A stretch of 64,000 nt of DNA from Heterodontus francisci. Its lineage: Eukaryota. Each line of letters starts with the position of its first letter. The stretch's first letter is position 1. The position numbers and the translations under genes were made by a program. The stretch spans positions 5,455,558 through 5,519,557 of the forward strand of contig NC_090399.1 of NCBI RefSeq assembly GCF_036365525.1, in the 5' to 3' direction. Shown here one piece after another: positions 41,075 to 51,213 of the stretch. The notes beneath the pieces are model-generated. The model had not been told where the DNA came from and made no database searches. It saw only the letters and a list, made by a program, of their open reading frames with translations.

Positions 41075-41965
41075 ATGGCATAACAGTGCAGGAGGCCATT
41101 CTGCCCATTGAGTCTATGCCAGCACTCTGTAGAGAAATCCAGTCAGTCCCATCCCCCACTCTATCCCTGCAGCCCTGCAAGTTTATGTCCCTCATGTTCC
41201 ATCCAATTTCCTTTTGAAATTATTTATCATCTCTGCTTCTACCCCCCCGCCACCCCACCCCCCCCCCCCCCGCCCCCCACCTTGTAGGTAGCGAATTCCG
41301 GGTCATAAGACACTAGTCCGGCCTGGAGTATTGTGTCCAGTTCTGGGCACTGCACTTTAGGAAAGACGTGAAGGCATGAGAGAGAGTACAGAAAAGATTC
41401 ACGAACTTCGGTTATGAAGGTAGATTGGAGAAGTTAGGGCAGTTTTCTTTGGAGAAGAGAAGGCTGAGAGGTGATTTGATAGAGGTTTTCAAAATCGTGA
41501 GGGATCTGGACAGAGTAGGTAGAGAGAAACTGTTCCCACTTGTGAAAGGATTGAAAATGAGAGGGCACAGATTTAAACTATTTGGTAAGGGAAGCAAAAG
41601 TGACATGAAGAAACTTATTCACGCAGTGAGTGGTTAAGGTCTGGACTGCTCTGCCTGTGAGTGTGGTGGAGGCAGGTTCAATAGAAGCATTGAAAAGGGA
41701 ATTAGACTGTTATAGGGAAAGGAAGAATGTGCAGCGTTACAGGGAGAAGGCAGGGGAATGGAACTGAGGGAATTGCTCTTTCAGAGAGCCAGTGTGGAGA
41801 TGATGGGCCGAATGGCCTCCTTCTGCACTGTAACAATTCTGTGATTCATTATCACTCGCTGCATAAAAAATGTCTTCCTCACATTCCCCCGTATCTCTTT
41901 CCCAAAACCTTAAATCTGTGTCCTTAAGTCCTTGTACCACCAACTAATGGGAGACAGCTTTCTTT
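41075..41965. mobile_element. + strand CR1 fragment (~41307-41845) nested in a - strand CR1 3' remnant, both inside a second-family LINE
   Basis: Inner copy: LEKRRLRGDLIEVFK. Outer copy resumes at cattatcactcgctg; host LINE resumes at ~41970. Confidence 0.8.
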
Positions 41966-42402
41966 ATTTGCAAGTTTTCCTCCAAGTCACACACCATCCT
42001 GACTTGGAACTATACCGCCATTCCTTCACTGTCACTGGATCAAAATCCTGAAACTCCATTCCTAACAGCATCACGTGAACTGCAGCAGTTCAAGAAGGCG
42101 GCTCACCACCACCTTCCCGAGGGCAATTCGGGATGGGCAATAAATGCTGGTCTTGCCAGAGGCACCAACATCACATGAATGAATAAAGAAAAAAATAAAG
42201 ATGAGGTTTGAAATATTCATGGAGCCACAAAGTCATCACAAACTCCTGACAAAAAGTCTTGGAACAGCTGTTATTGATTTACTAATTTGAAGTTAATCGT
42301 ACAATAGTTCCGATCATCAAGGGCTCTCTATTCCTATCCCCTGGCCAGGATTTAAAGGGAGGTTGGCCTTTTGGTAGCTGCCGATGTCCCACTGGTTCGT
42401 AC

Positions 42403-42585
42403 CTTCGGGGTTTTATTCAGCGGGAAGAGCTCCTGCTTTCGCAGGAGGATGTTAAGTTTGCTAATCTCCTTCTTTACGTTCCTCATGGTGATGGAGAAGT
42501 TCTGGTAGATGAAACGGTGCTGAATAATCCTCTCGAAGGTCTCTCTCAGGAGAGCATTGACACTCGGCACATTACGTTCCATCCT
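42403..42585 (-). CDS. OLFML2-family gene, exon 4: coiled coil (..YQNFSITMRNVKKEISKLNILLRKQE..)
   Basis: Acceptor ttaagcag (NAGNAG; alternative start 42588); donor AAG|gtacga; phase 0/0. Resembles OLFML2 [26 protein letters not shown]. Confidence 0.85.
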
Positions 42586-44305
42586 CTGCTTAAGAACAAA
42601 CATCCACAGCAGCTCAAAAATTCAGTTTTTGTTTAAAAAAAAAATACCAATCTTTAGCAACATTAGACCCACACAAGTTGCCTGTTTCTTTCACAGATCA
42701 AGCCCCATCTAACAACTTGAATTGTTACATAGAATCTACCGCACAGAAACAGGCCAGTCTATGCTCCACACGAGTCTCCTGTCTCCCATGAAGGATAGGG
42801 AGCTGTACATCCAAGTTTTCTGATGGCACTAAACTAGGTGGCACTGTAAGTAGGAACTGTGGAGGAGCAGAGATTTGGGGGGGCATGGGGGTGTGTGTGG
42901 GGGTTTCACATACAGAAAGCTATTGGACAGGTACAAAACCCAATTAACTTGCATTTACCACGAGCCTTTTGTATGTAAAGGGTCCTGAGGCGTTTCACAG
43001 GAATATTATTGGACACAAATCTGACCCCAGGCCATATTAGGAGACGTTACCCAGGTGACCAGAAGCTTGGTCAGAGAGATAGATTTTTAAGGAGCGTCTG
43101 AGAGGTGGAGAGAGGTTTAGGGAGGGAATTCCAGAGCTAAGGACCAGGACAACTGAAGGCAGTGGTGGGATGAAGGTACTGGGACATGCATGAGAGGCCA
43201 GAATTGGAGATCTCAGAGGTTTGTTGGGTCTGCAGGAGATTACAGAGATAGGCAGGGGCGAGACCATGGAGGGAATTGAACACCAGGATGAGAATTGTTT
43301 TTAATTCGAGGTATTGCCGGACCGGGAGCCAATGTAGGTCAGAGAGCACAGTGGGTGACCCAACTTCTCGCCATGTCTCTCAACTCCCTTCTCTCTCCTC
43401 TTGAATGCTTATCAGTTCAATAACCTTACCTGTCAAAATAACTTTATATTGTGGCATCGGACATGTGCGTCTCTGCGCTGATGTCACAACCAGCAACGCA
43501 CTTTCCAACTAGTAACAGTTGAGTTACTGGATCCATGTAGACTGGCAACAGCTCATGAGGACCTAATATAAAACTCCTCATGGACACTGTCTGGACCAAA
43601 CCCACACAGGGTTTGGTTCTGGGGCTGCCATTGGCTGCCTGAGGACCAGTTTTTGGCAACTGACAGAATCAAATCCACAGTCAACACCTATTTTCCATCT
43701 CCCTATCATTGAGCAACTATTCAGATTGCTCTAGCTGTCACTTCGTCTATACCTGTATCATTTCTGTAGAATTATCCATTAGCCCCTAGTTTCAGGGGCT
43801 ATGATAATGCAGTGGCTATGTTACTGGACAAGTAATCCACAAGATCGAACCAATAACCCAGAAAGAGTGAGTTCAACGTTTGAGAATGTGAATTCAGTTC
43901 AAGAAAAAAAGTCGGGAAATTGTAAACTGTTCTCAGTAAAAGTGCCCACGAAGCTGTCAAACTGTCATAAAACCTCAGCTGGTTCTCTAAGCTCCTTTAG
44001 GGAAGGCAACCTGGTGTCCTTACTCAGTCTAGGCATATATGTGACTTCAGTCCCACACCCCAACGTGGTTGACTCTTACCCGGGCTTGGGAAATGGCCTA
44101 CCAAGTTACCAGGGCCGTTCCTTCACCGTCGCTGGGTCAAAATCCTGGAACTCCCTTTCTAACAGCACTGTGGGTATACCCACCCCACATGGACTGCAGC
44201 GGTTCAAGAAGGCAGCTCACCACCACCTTCTCGAGCAAATAGAGAATAGAAATAAATGCTGTCCTAGCCAGTGATGCCCACATCCCGAGAGTGAATGTCC
44301 TGTAC

Positions 44306-44413
44306 CTTCTCCAGCTTCTTTAGTTGACTGTTGAGTTTGGCTGAGTAGGAATTGAGTCTCTTCGTCTCTGTGTTGTCGAAGATCTCCTGGAGGTCGGCAG
44401 CCAGTCCCTGGAT
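44306..44413 (-). CDS. OLFML2-family gene, exon 3: coiled coil IQGLAADLQEIFDNTETKRLNSYSAKLNSQLKKLEK
   Basis: Acceptor cccacag; donor AAG|gtacag; 108 bp (36 aa), phase 0/0. Aligns without gaps to the 36-aa LQSMVDLL...MNTLEE segment of OLFML2A as I recall it. Confidence 0.82.
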
Positions 44414-44519
44414 CTGTGGGCACCAAGACACTTTGATCAGATACACGCACCGTGAGGGGTCAAGGGTCATACCGTCAAGTGAGAACAGTCTCACCGCAGG
44501 AGAGGGGGAACGAAGGTGA

Positions 44520-45283
44520 AGTAACATTCATGCCACGCAAGTGCCAAGTAATGACCATCTCCAACAAGAGAGAATCTAACCATCTCCCCTTGATGTTCAA
44601 TAGCATTACTATTGCTGAATCTCCCACTATCAACATCCTGGGGATTACCATTGACCAGAAACTGAACTGGAACAACCACATAAATACCATGACTACAAGA
44701 CCAGGTCAGAGGCTAGGAATTCTGCAGTGAGTAACTCACCTCCTGACTCCCCAAAGCCTGTCCACCATGTACAAGGCACAAGTCAGGAGTGTGATGGAAT
44801 ACTCTCCACTTGCCTGGATGGGTGCAGCTCCAACAACACTCAGGAAACTCAGCACCATCCAGGACAAAGCAGCTTACTTAATTGGCACCCCATCCACAAA
44901 CATTCACTCCCTCCACCACCGACCCACAATGGCAGCAGTGTGTACCATCTACAAGATGCAGCCACGCGCCAAGGCTCTTTAGACAGCATCTTCCAAACCC
45001 GCGACCTCTACCACCTAGAAGGACAAGGGCAGCAAATGCATTGGAGTTCCCCTCCAAGCCACACATCATCCTGACTTGGAACTATATCACCATTCCTTCA
45101 CTGTCGTTGAGTCAAAGTCTTGGAACTCCCTTCCTAACAGCACTGTGGGTGTCCCTATACACCAAGGACTGCAGCGGTTCAAGAAGGCAGCTCACCACCA
45201 CCTTCTCAAGGGCAATTAAGGATGTGCAATAATAAATTCTGACCTTGCCAGCGATGCCCACATCCAATGAATGAATAAAAAAA
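44520..45283 (+). mobile_element. Second LINE family, 3' fragment
   Basis: KCQVMTISNKRES..YKAQVRSVMEYSPLAW; tail cacatccaatgaatgaataaaaaa. Confidence 0.9.
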
Positions 45284-45682
45284 GGGAAGGAAGGAGAGGG
45301 AGATAGGAGGGGAAAGAAGGATAAAGGGAAGATTGGAAGGAGGGGGAAGGAAAGAAGGAGTGATGGAAGAATGGAGGGAACACCAATCATCCATTCACTT
45401 CACTGAAGTTAGCCCTTTACTGTACTCTAATTGCAATATCTCCTCTCCTTCCCCAGCTCTTTTTGTCCCTCTGCCTCATTCACCCTGTTTGCTTATCTTC
45501 CAGTTGTTTTTTTAGTTCCTGCATTATCTGTCCTGTTTGACCTTGCAGCCTACAAACCTCGGCAGACCTTTCTCTGGGCCTTAAGCACCACCGGCGGTTG
45601 CCAGCTCTCTCTCGGCTTTGCCCTGCCAGCAATCCTGAGATGACAGCGCCACACAATACCCAGGCATGGGTGTGAAACATAC

Positions 45683-45922
45683 CGTCATCAAGTCCGAGTC
45701 TTGTATCTTTGTCCTCTCCGCTCCCCGCTCACTCTTGTCCTCACACGGGTCGAACCCGCAGTAACACTTGCACTTTGACCCTGTGCTTGCCATCTCCTTT
45801 GGTCGAAAGCCCTCGGCCAAAGCCTTGCCACCTCGCCACCTTGTCTCCTCAGGGGTGGGCATTTTGAAGGCACACTTACAGTCAGCTTCCTCCTCCCTTC
45901 TCCTCCTCGACAAAGCCTTGTT
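45683..45922 (-). CDS. OLFML2-family gene, exon 2: Cys-rich N-terminal region (..EADCKCAF..SKCKCYCGFDPCED..)
   Basis: Acceptor ccgctcag; donor ACG|gtatgt; 240 bp, phase 0/0. Resembles the tandem DCRCxC..NPCE motifs of OLFML2A/B. Confidence 0.85.
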
Positions 45923-46053
45923 CTGAGCGGGGCAAAATAAACACATTGATTTACAGCACAGAAACTGGCCATTCAGCCCATTTGGGCCACGCCAGCGTTT
46001 ATACTCCACACGAGCCCCCTCCCACCCCTCTCCATCTCACCCCATCAACATAT

Positions 46054-47080
46054 CAAAGAACAAAGAACAGTACAGCACAGGAACAGGCCATTCGGCCCTC
46101 CAAGCCTGCGCCGATCTTGATGTCTGCCTAAACTAAAACTTTCGGCATTTCCAGGGCCCATATCCCTCTATTCCCATCCTATTCATGTATTTGTCAAGAT
46201 GTCTCTTAAACGTCGCTATCGTATCTGCTTCCACCACCTCCCCTGAGTTCCAGGCACTCACCACCTTCTGTGTAAAGAACGTGCCTCGCACATCCCCTCT
46301 AAACTTTGCCCCTCGCACCTTAAACCTATGTCCCCTGGTAACTGACTCTTCCACCCTGGGAAAAAGCTTCTGACTATCCACTCTGTCCATGCCGCTCATA
46401 GCTTTGTAAACGTCTGTCATGTCACCCCTCCACCTCCGTCGTTCCAGTGAAAATAATCCTGGTTTATCCAACCTCTCCTCATAGCTAATGCCCTCCAGAC
46501 CAGGCAACATCCTGGTAAACCTCTTCTGTACCCTCTCCAAAGCCTCCACGTCCTTCTGGTAGTGTGGCGACCAGAATTGCACGCAATATTCTAAGTGTGG
46601 CCTAACTAAAGTTCTGTACAGCTGCAACATGACTTGCCAATTTTTATACTCTATGCCCCGACCGATGAAGGCAAGCATGCCGTATGCATTCTTGATTACC
46701 TTATCCACCTGCGTTGCCACTTTCAGTGACCTGTGGATCTGTACGCCCAGATCTCTCTGCCTGTCAATACTCCTAAGGGTTCTGCCATTTACTGTATACC
46801 TCCCACCTGCATTAGACCTTCTAAAATGCATTACCTCACATTTGTCCGGATTAAACTCCATCTGCCATTTCTCCGCCCAAGTCTCCAACCGATCTATATC
46901 CTGCTGTATCCTCTGACAATCCTCATCATTATCCGCAACTCCACCAACCTTTGTGTCGTCCGCAAGCTTACTGACCAGACCAGCTACATTTTCCTCCAAA
47001 TCATTTATATATACAACAGCAAAGGTCCCAGCACTGATCCCTGCGGAACACCACTCGTCACATCCCTCCATTCAGAAAAA
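46054..47080 (-). mobile_element. 5'-truncated CR1, close sister of the 40001-41010 copy
   Basis: Near-identical peptide; small deletions, including a frameshift near the 5' end. Confidence 0.95.
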
Positions 47081-47479
47081 CATATCCTTCTGTTAATTTG
47101 GAAGATTAAGAGATGATTTGATCAAAGTTTTCAAGGGTCTGGATTTTATTTTGCTGCCGCCGCTAAAAGATGGCGGCCCGCACGCGCGGGTTTTACTCTG
47201 CAGACTCACTGCAATATTATACGCGGCGGCTCATTTTCATGGCCCCCATGACATGGAGGGGGCAGGTGATCCGTCCCCGGCAACGGCATCGGGCATCATT
47301 GTGCATTTTTAAAGGGCATCAACTTCTTCCATTGAATTTGAATTTTTAAAGTCATAAATGTAACGTAAAAAATGTAATAAAAGATTCAAGCACCTCTCCC
47401 ACCCCACCCCCGCAATGGCCAAACAATTTATCAACTGCTCTCTTCCACCCCCCCCCCCCCTCAAATAAAACTTATCTTG

Positions 47480-48259
47480 CGCGATGCTGAGGAGGTCGTG
47501 GATAGCACGTTTAGTGAATTGGTCACACCGCAGATTAGGATTGCTGAGGGAGAAAGGGAATGGGTGACCAAAAGGCAGAGAAAGAGCAGGAAGGCAGCGC
47601 AGGAGTCCCCTGCGGTCATCTCCCTCCAAAACAAGTATACCATTTTGGATACTGTTGAGGGAGATGGCTCACCAGGGGAAGGCAGCAGTAGCCAGGTCCA
47701 TGGCACCGTGGCTGGCTCTGCTGTTCCGAAGGGCGGGAAAAAGAGTGGAAGGGCTATAGTCGTAGGGGATTCGATTGTAAGGGGAGTAGATAGGCGGTTC
47801 TGTGGTCGAAAACGAGGCTCCCGAATGGTATGTTGCCTCCCAGGTGCACGGGTCAGGGACGTCTCAGATCGGCTGCAGAACATTCTAAAGGGGGAGGGTG
47901 AACAGCCAGTTGTCATTGTGCACATAGGCACTAATGATATAGGTAAAAAACGGGATGAGGTCCTACATGCAGAGTTTAGGGAGTTAGGAGCCAGGTTAAA
48001 AAGTAGGACCTCAAAGGTAGTAATCTCAGGATTACTACCAGTGCCATGTGATAGTCAGAGTAAAAATGAAAGAATAGTCAGGATGAATGCGTGGCTTGAG
48101 AGATGGTGCAGGAAGGAGGGGTTCAGATTTTTGGGACATTGGGACCGGTTCTGGGGGAGGTGGGACTATTACAAATTGGACGGTCTACACCTGGGCCGGA
48201 CAGGAACCAATGTCCTTGGGGGTGCTTTTGCTAACGCTGTTGGGGAGGGTTTAAACTAA
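47480..48259 (+). CDS. CR1 ORF1p, C-terminal part: SGNH/GDSL esterase-like domain (no native start codon)
   Basis: Blocks IVVGDSIVR, CLPGA, HIGTND, DGLHL; ends EGLN-TAA. Confidence 0.9.
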   Translation, partial: RDAEEVVDSTFSELVTPQIRIAEGEREWVTKRQRKSRKAAQESPAVISLQNKYTILDTVEGDGSPGEGSSSQVHGTVAGSAVPKGGKKSGRAIVVGDSIVRGVDRRFCGRKRGSRMVCCLPGARVRDVSDRLQNILKGEGEQPVVIVHIGTNDIGKKRDEVLHAEFRELGARLKSRTSKVVISGLLPVPCDSQSKNERIVRMNAWLERWCRKEGFRFLGHWDRFWGRWDYYKLDGLHLGRTGTNVLGGAFANAVGEGLN

Positions 48260-51213
48260 TGTGGCAGGGGGATGGGAACCAATTGAGGTCAGTTGACAGT
48301 AAGGAGGTAGTAACAAAAGCCTGTAAGGAACTAGATAATGAAGTCAGTGTGACTAAGGGGAAGAGCAGGCAGGGAGCAGATGATGAATATAAAGGGACTG
48401 GTGGTCTGAGGTGCATTTGTTTTAATGCAAGAAGTGTAGTAGGTAAGGCAGATGAACTTAGGGCTTGGATTAGTACCTGGGAGTATGATGTTATTGCTAT
48501 TACTGAGACTTGGTTGAGGGAAGGGCATGATTGGCAACTAAATATCCCAGGATATCGATGCTTCAGGCGGGATAGAGAGGGAGGTAAAAGGGGTGGAGGA
48601 GTTGCATTACTGGTCAAAGAGGATATCACAGCTGTGCTGAAGGAGGGCACTATGGAGGACTCGAGCAGTGAGGCAATATGGACAGAACTCAGAAATAGGA
48701 AGGGTGCGGTAACAATGTTGGGGCTGTACTACAGGCCTCCCAACAGCGAGCGTGAGATAGAGGTACAAATATGTAAACAGATTATGGAAAGATGTAGGAG
48801 CAACAGGGTGGTGGTGATAGGAGATTTTAATTTTCCCAACATTGACTGGGATTCGCTTAATGTTAGAGGTCCAGATGGAGCAGAATTTGTAAGGAGCATC
48901 CAGGAGGGTTTTCTAGAGCAGTATGTAAATAGTCCAACTCGGGAAGGGGCCATACTGGACCTGGTGTTGGGGAATGAGCCCGGCCAGGTTGTTGAAGTTT
49001 CAGTAGGGGACTACTTTGGGAATAGTGATCACAATTCCGTAAGCTTTAAAATACTCATGGACAAAGACGAGAGTGGTCCAAAAGGGAGAGTGCTAAATTG
49101 GGGGAAGGCCAACTACACCAAAATTCGGCAGGAGCTGGGAAATGTAGATTGGGAGCAGCTGTTTGAAGGTAAATCCACATGTGATATGTGGGAGGCTTTT
49201 AAAGAGAGGTTGATTAGCATGCAGGAGAGACATGTTCCTGTGAAAATGAGGGATAGAAATGGCAAGATTAGGGAACCATGGATGACAGGTGAAATTGTGA
49301 GACTAGCTAAGAGGAAAAAGGAAGCATACATAAGGTCTAGGCGGCTGATGAAAGACGAAGCTTTGAAAGAATATCGGGAATGTAGGACCAATCTGAAACG
49401 AGGAATTAAGAGGGCTAAAAGGGGTCATGAAATATCTTTAGCAAACAGGGTTAAGGAAAATCCCAAAGCCTTTTATTCATATATAAGGAGAAAGAGGGTA
49501 ACGAGAGAAAGGATTGGCCCACTAAAGGACAAAGGAGGAATGTTATGCTTGGACTCAGAGAAAATGGGTGAGATTCTAAACGAGTACTTTGCATCGGTAT
49601 TCACCGAGGAGAGGGACATGACGGATGTTGAGGTTAGGAACAGATGTTTGATTACTCTAGGTCAAGTCGGCATAAGGAGGGAGGAAGTGTTGGGTATTCT
49701 AAAGGGCATTAAGGTGGACAAGTCCCCAGGTCCAGATGGGATCTATCCCAGGTTACTGAGGGAAGCGAGAGAGGAAATAGCTGGGGCCTTAACAGATATC
49801 TTTGCAGCATCCTTAAACACGGGTGAGGTCCCGGAGGACTGGAGAATTGCTAATGTTGTCCCCTTGTTTAAGAAGGGTAGCAGGGATAATCCAGGTAATT
49901 ATAGACCGGTGAGCCTGACGTCAGTGGTAGGGAAGCTGCTGGAGAAGATACTGAGGGATAGGATCTATTCCCATTTGGAAGAAAATGGGCTCATCAGTGA
50001 TAGGCAACATGGTTTTGTGCAGGGAAGGTCATGTCTTACCAACTTAATAGAATTCTTTGAGGAAGTGACAAAGTTGATTGATGAGGGAAGGGCTGTCGAT
50101 GTCATATACATGGACTTCAGTAAGGCGTTTGATAAGGTTCCCCATGGCAGGCTGATGGAGAAAGTGAAGGCGCATGGGGTCCAAGGTGTACTAGCTAGAT
50201 GGATAAAGAACTGGCTGGGCAACAGGAGACAGAGAGTAGCAGTAGAAGGGAGTTTCTCAAAATGGAGACGTGTGACCAGTGGTGTTCCACAGGGATCCGT
50301 GCTGGGACCACTGTTGTTTGTGATATACATTAATGATTTGGAGGAAAGTATAGGTGGACTGATTAGCAAATTTGCAGACGACACTAAGATTGGTGGAGTA
50401 GCAGATAGTGAAGGGGACTGTCAGAGAATACAGCAGAATATAGATAGATTGGAGAGTTGGGCAGAGAAATGGCAGATGGAGTTCAATCAGGGCAAATGCG
50501 AGGTGATGCATTTTGGAAGATCCAATTCAAGAGTGAACTATACAGTAAATGGAAAAGTCCTGGGGAAAATTGATGTCCAGAGAGATTTGGGTGTTCAGGT
50601 CCACTGTTCCCTGAAGGTGGCAACGCAGGTAAATAGAGTGGTCAAGAAGGCATACGGCATGCTTTCCTTCATCGGACGGGGCATTGAGTACAAGAGTTGG
50701 CAGGTCATGTTACAGTTGTATAGGACTTTGGTTCGGCCACATTTGGAATACTGCGTACAGTTCTGGTCGCCACATTATCAAAAGGATGTGGATGCTTTGG
50801 AGAGGGTGCAGAGGAGGTTCACCAGGATGTTGCCTGGTATGGAGGGCGCTAGCTATGAAGAGAGGTTGAGCAGATTAGGATTATTTTCATTAGAAAGACG
50901 GAGGTTGAGGGGGGACCTGATTGAGGTGTACAAAATCATGAGAGGTATAGACAGGGTGGATAGCAAGAGGCTTTTTCCCAGAGTGGGGGTTTCAATTACT
51001 AGAGGACACGAGTTCAAAGTGAAAGGGGAAAAGTTTAGGGGGGATATGCGTGGAAAGTTCTTTACGCAGAGGGTGGTGGGCACCTGGAACGCATTGCCAG
51101 CGGAGGTGGTAGATGCGGGCACGATGGAGTCTTTTAAGATGTATCTAGACAGATACATGAATGGGCAGGAAGAAAAGAGATACAGAACCTTAGAAAATAG
51201 GCGACATGTTTAG
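48259..51213 (+). CDS. CR1 ORF2p: APE endonuclease + reverse transcriptase, 984 aa
   Basis: EN motifs NARS, ITETW, YRPP, GDFN, SDH; RT motifs KSPGPDG, NYRPVSL, QHGF, DFSKAFD, GVPQGSVLGP, FADD. No stops. Confidence 0.97.
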   Translation: MWQGDGNQLRSVDSKEVVTKACKELDNEVSVTKGKSRQGADDEYKGTGGLRCICFNARSVVGKADELRAWISTWEYDVIAITETWLREGHDWQLNIPGYRCFRRDREGGKRGGGVALLVKEDITAVLKEGTMEDSSSEAIWTELRNRKGAVTMLGLYYRPPNSEREIEVQICKQIMERCRSNRVVVIGDFNFPNIDWDSLNVRGPDGAEFVRSIQEGFLEQYVNSPTREGAILDLVLGNEPGQVVEVSVGDYFGNSDHNSVSFKILMDKDESGPKGRVLNWGKANYTKIRQELGNVDWEQLFEGKSTCDMWEAFKERLISMQERHVPVKMRDRNGKIREPWMTGEIVRLAKRKKEAYIRSRRLMKDEALKEYRECRTNLKRGIKRAKRGHEISLANRVKENPKAFYSYIRRKRVTRERIGPLKDKGGMLCLDSEKMGEILNEYFASVFTEERDMTDVEVRNRCLITLGQVGIRREEVLGILKGIKVDKSPGPDGIYPRLLREAREEIAGALTDIFAASLNTGEVPEDWRIANVVPLFKKGSRDNPGNYRPVSLTSVVGKLLEKILRDRIYSHLEENGLISDRQHGFVQGRSCLTNLIEFFEEVTKLIDEGRAVDVIYMDFSKAFDKVPHGRLMEKVKAHGVQGVLARWIKNWLGNRRQRVAVEGSFSKWRRVTSGVPQGSVLGPLLFVIYINDLEESIGGLISKFADDTKIGGVADSEGDCQRIQQNIDRLESWAEKWQMEFNQGKCEVMHFGRSNSRVNYTVNGKVLGKIDVQRDLGVQVHCSLKVATQVNRVVKKAYGMLSFIGRGIEYKSWQVMLQLYRTLVRPHLEYCVQFWSPHYQKDVDALERVQRRFTRMLPGMEGASYEERLSRLGLFSLERRRLRGDLIEVYKIMRGIDRVDSKRLFPRVGVSITRGHEFKVKGEKFRGDMRGKFFTQRVVGTWNALPAEVVDAGTMESFKMYLDRYMNGQEEKRYRTLENRRHV

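Larger units (their letters stand above)
39457..42200 (+). mobile_element. Second LINE family, 3' fragment in three pieces (39457-40000, 41011-41070, 41970-42200)
   Basis: The pieces are collinear with the copies at 13.2-14.1 kb and 44.5-45.3 kb. Confidence 0.85.

Noticed and set aside
38536-51158. Recurrent ORFs such as MSSANLLI.. and MYLSR..
   Set aside because: These are antisense frames of CR1 ORF2 and recur only because the element recurs.
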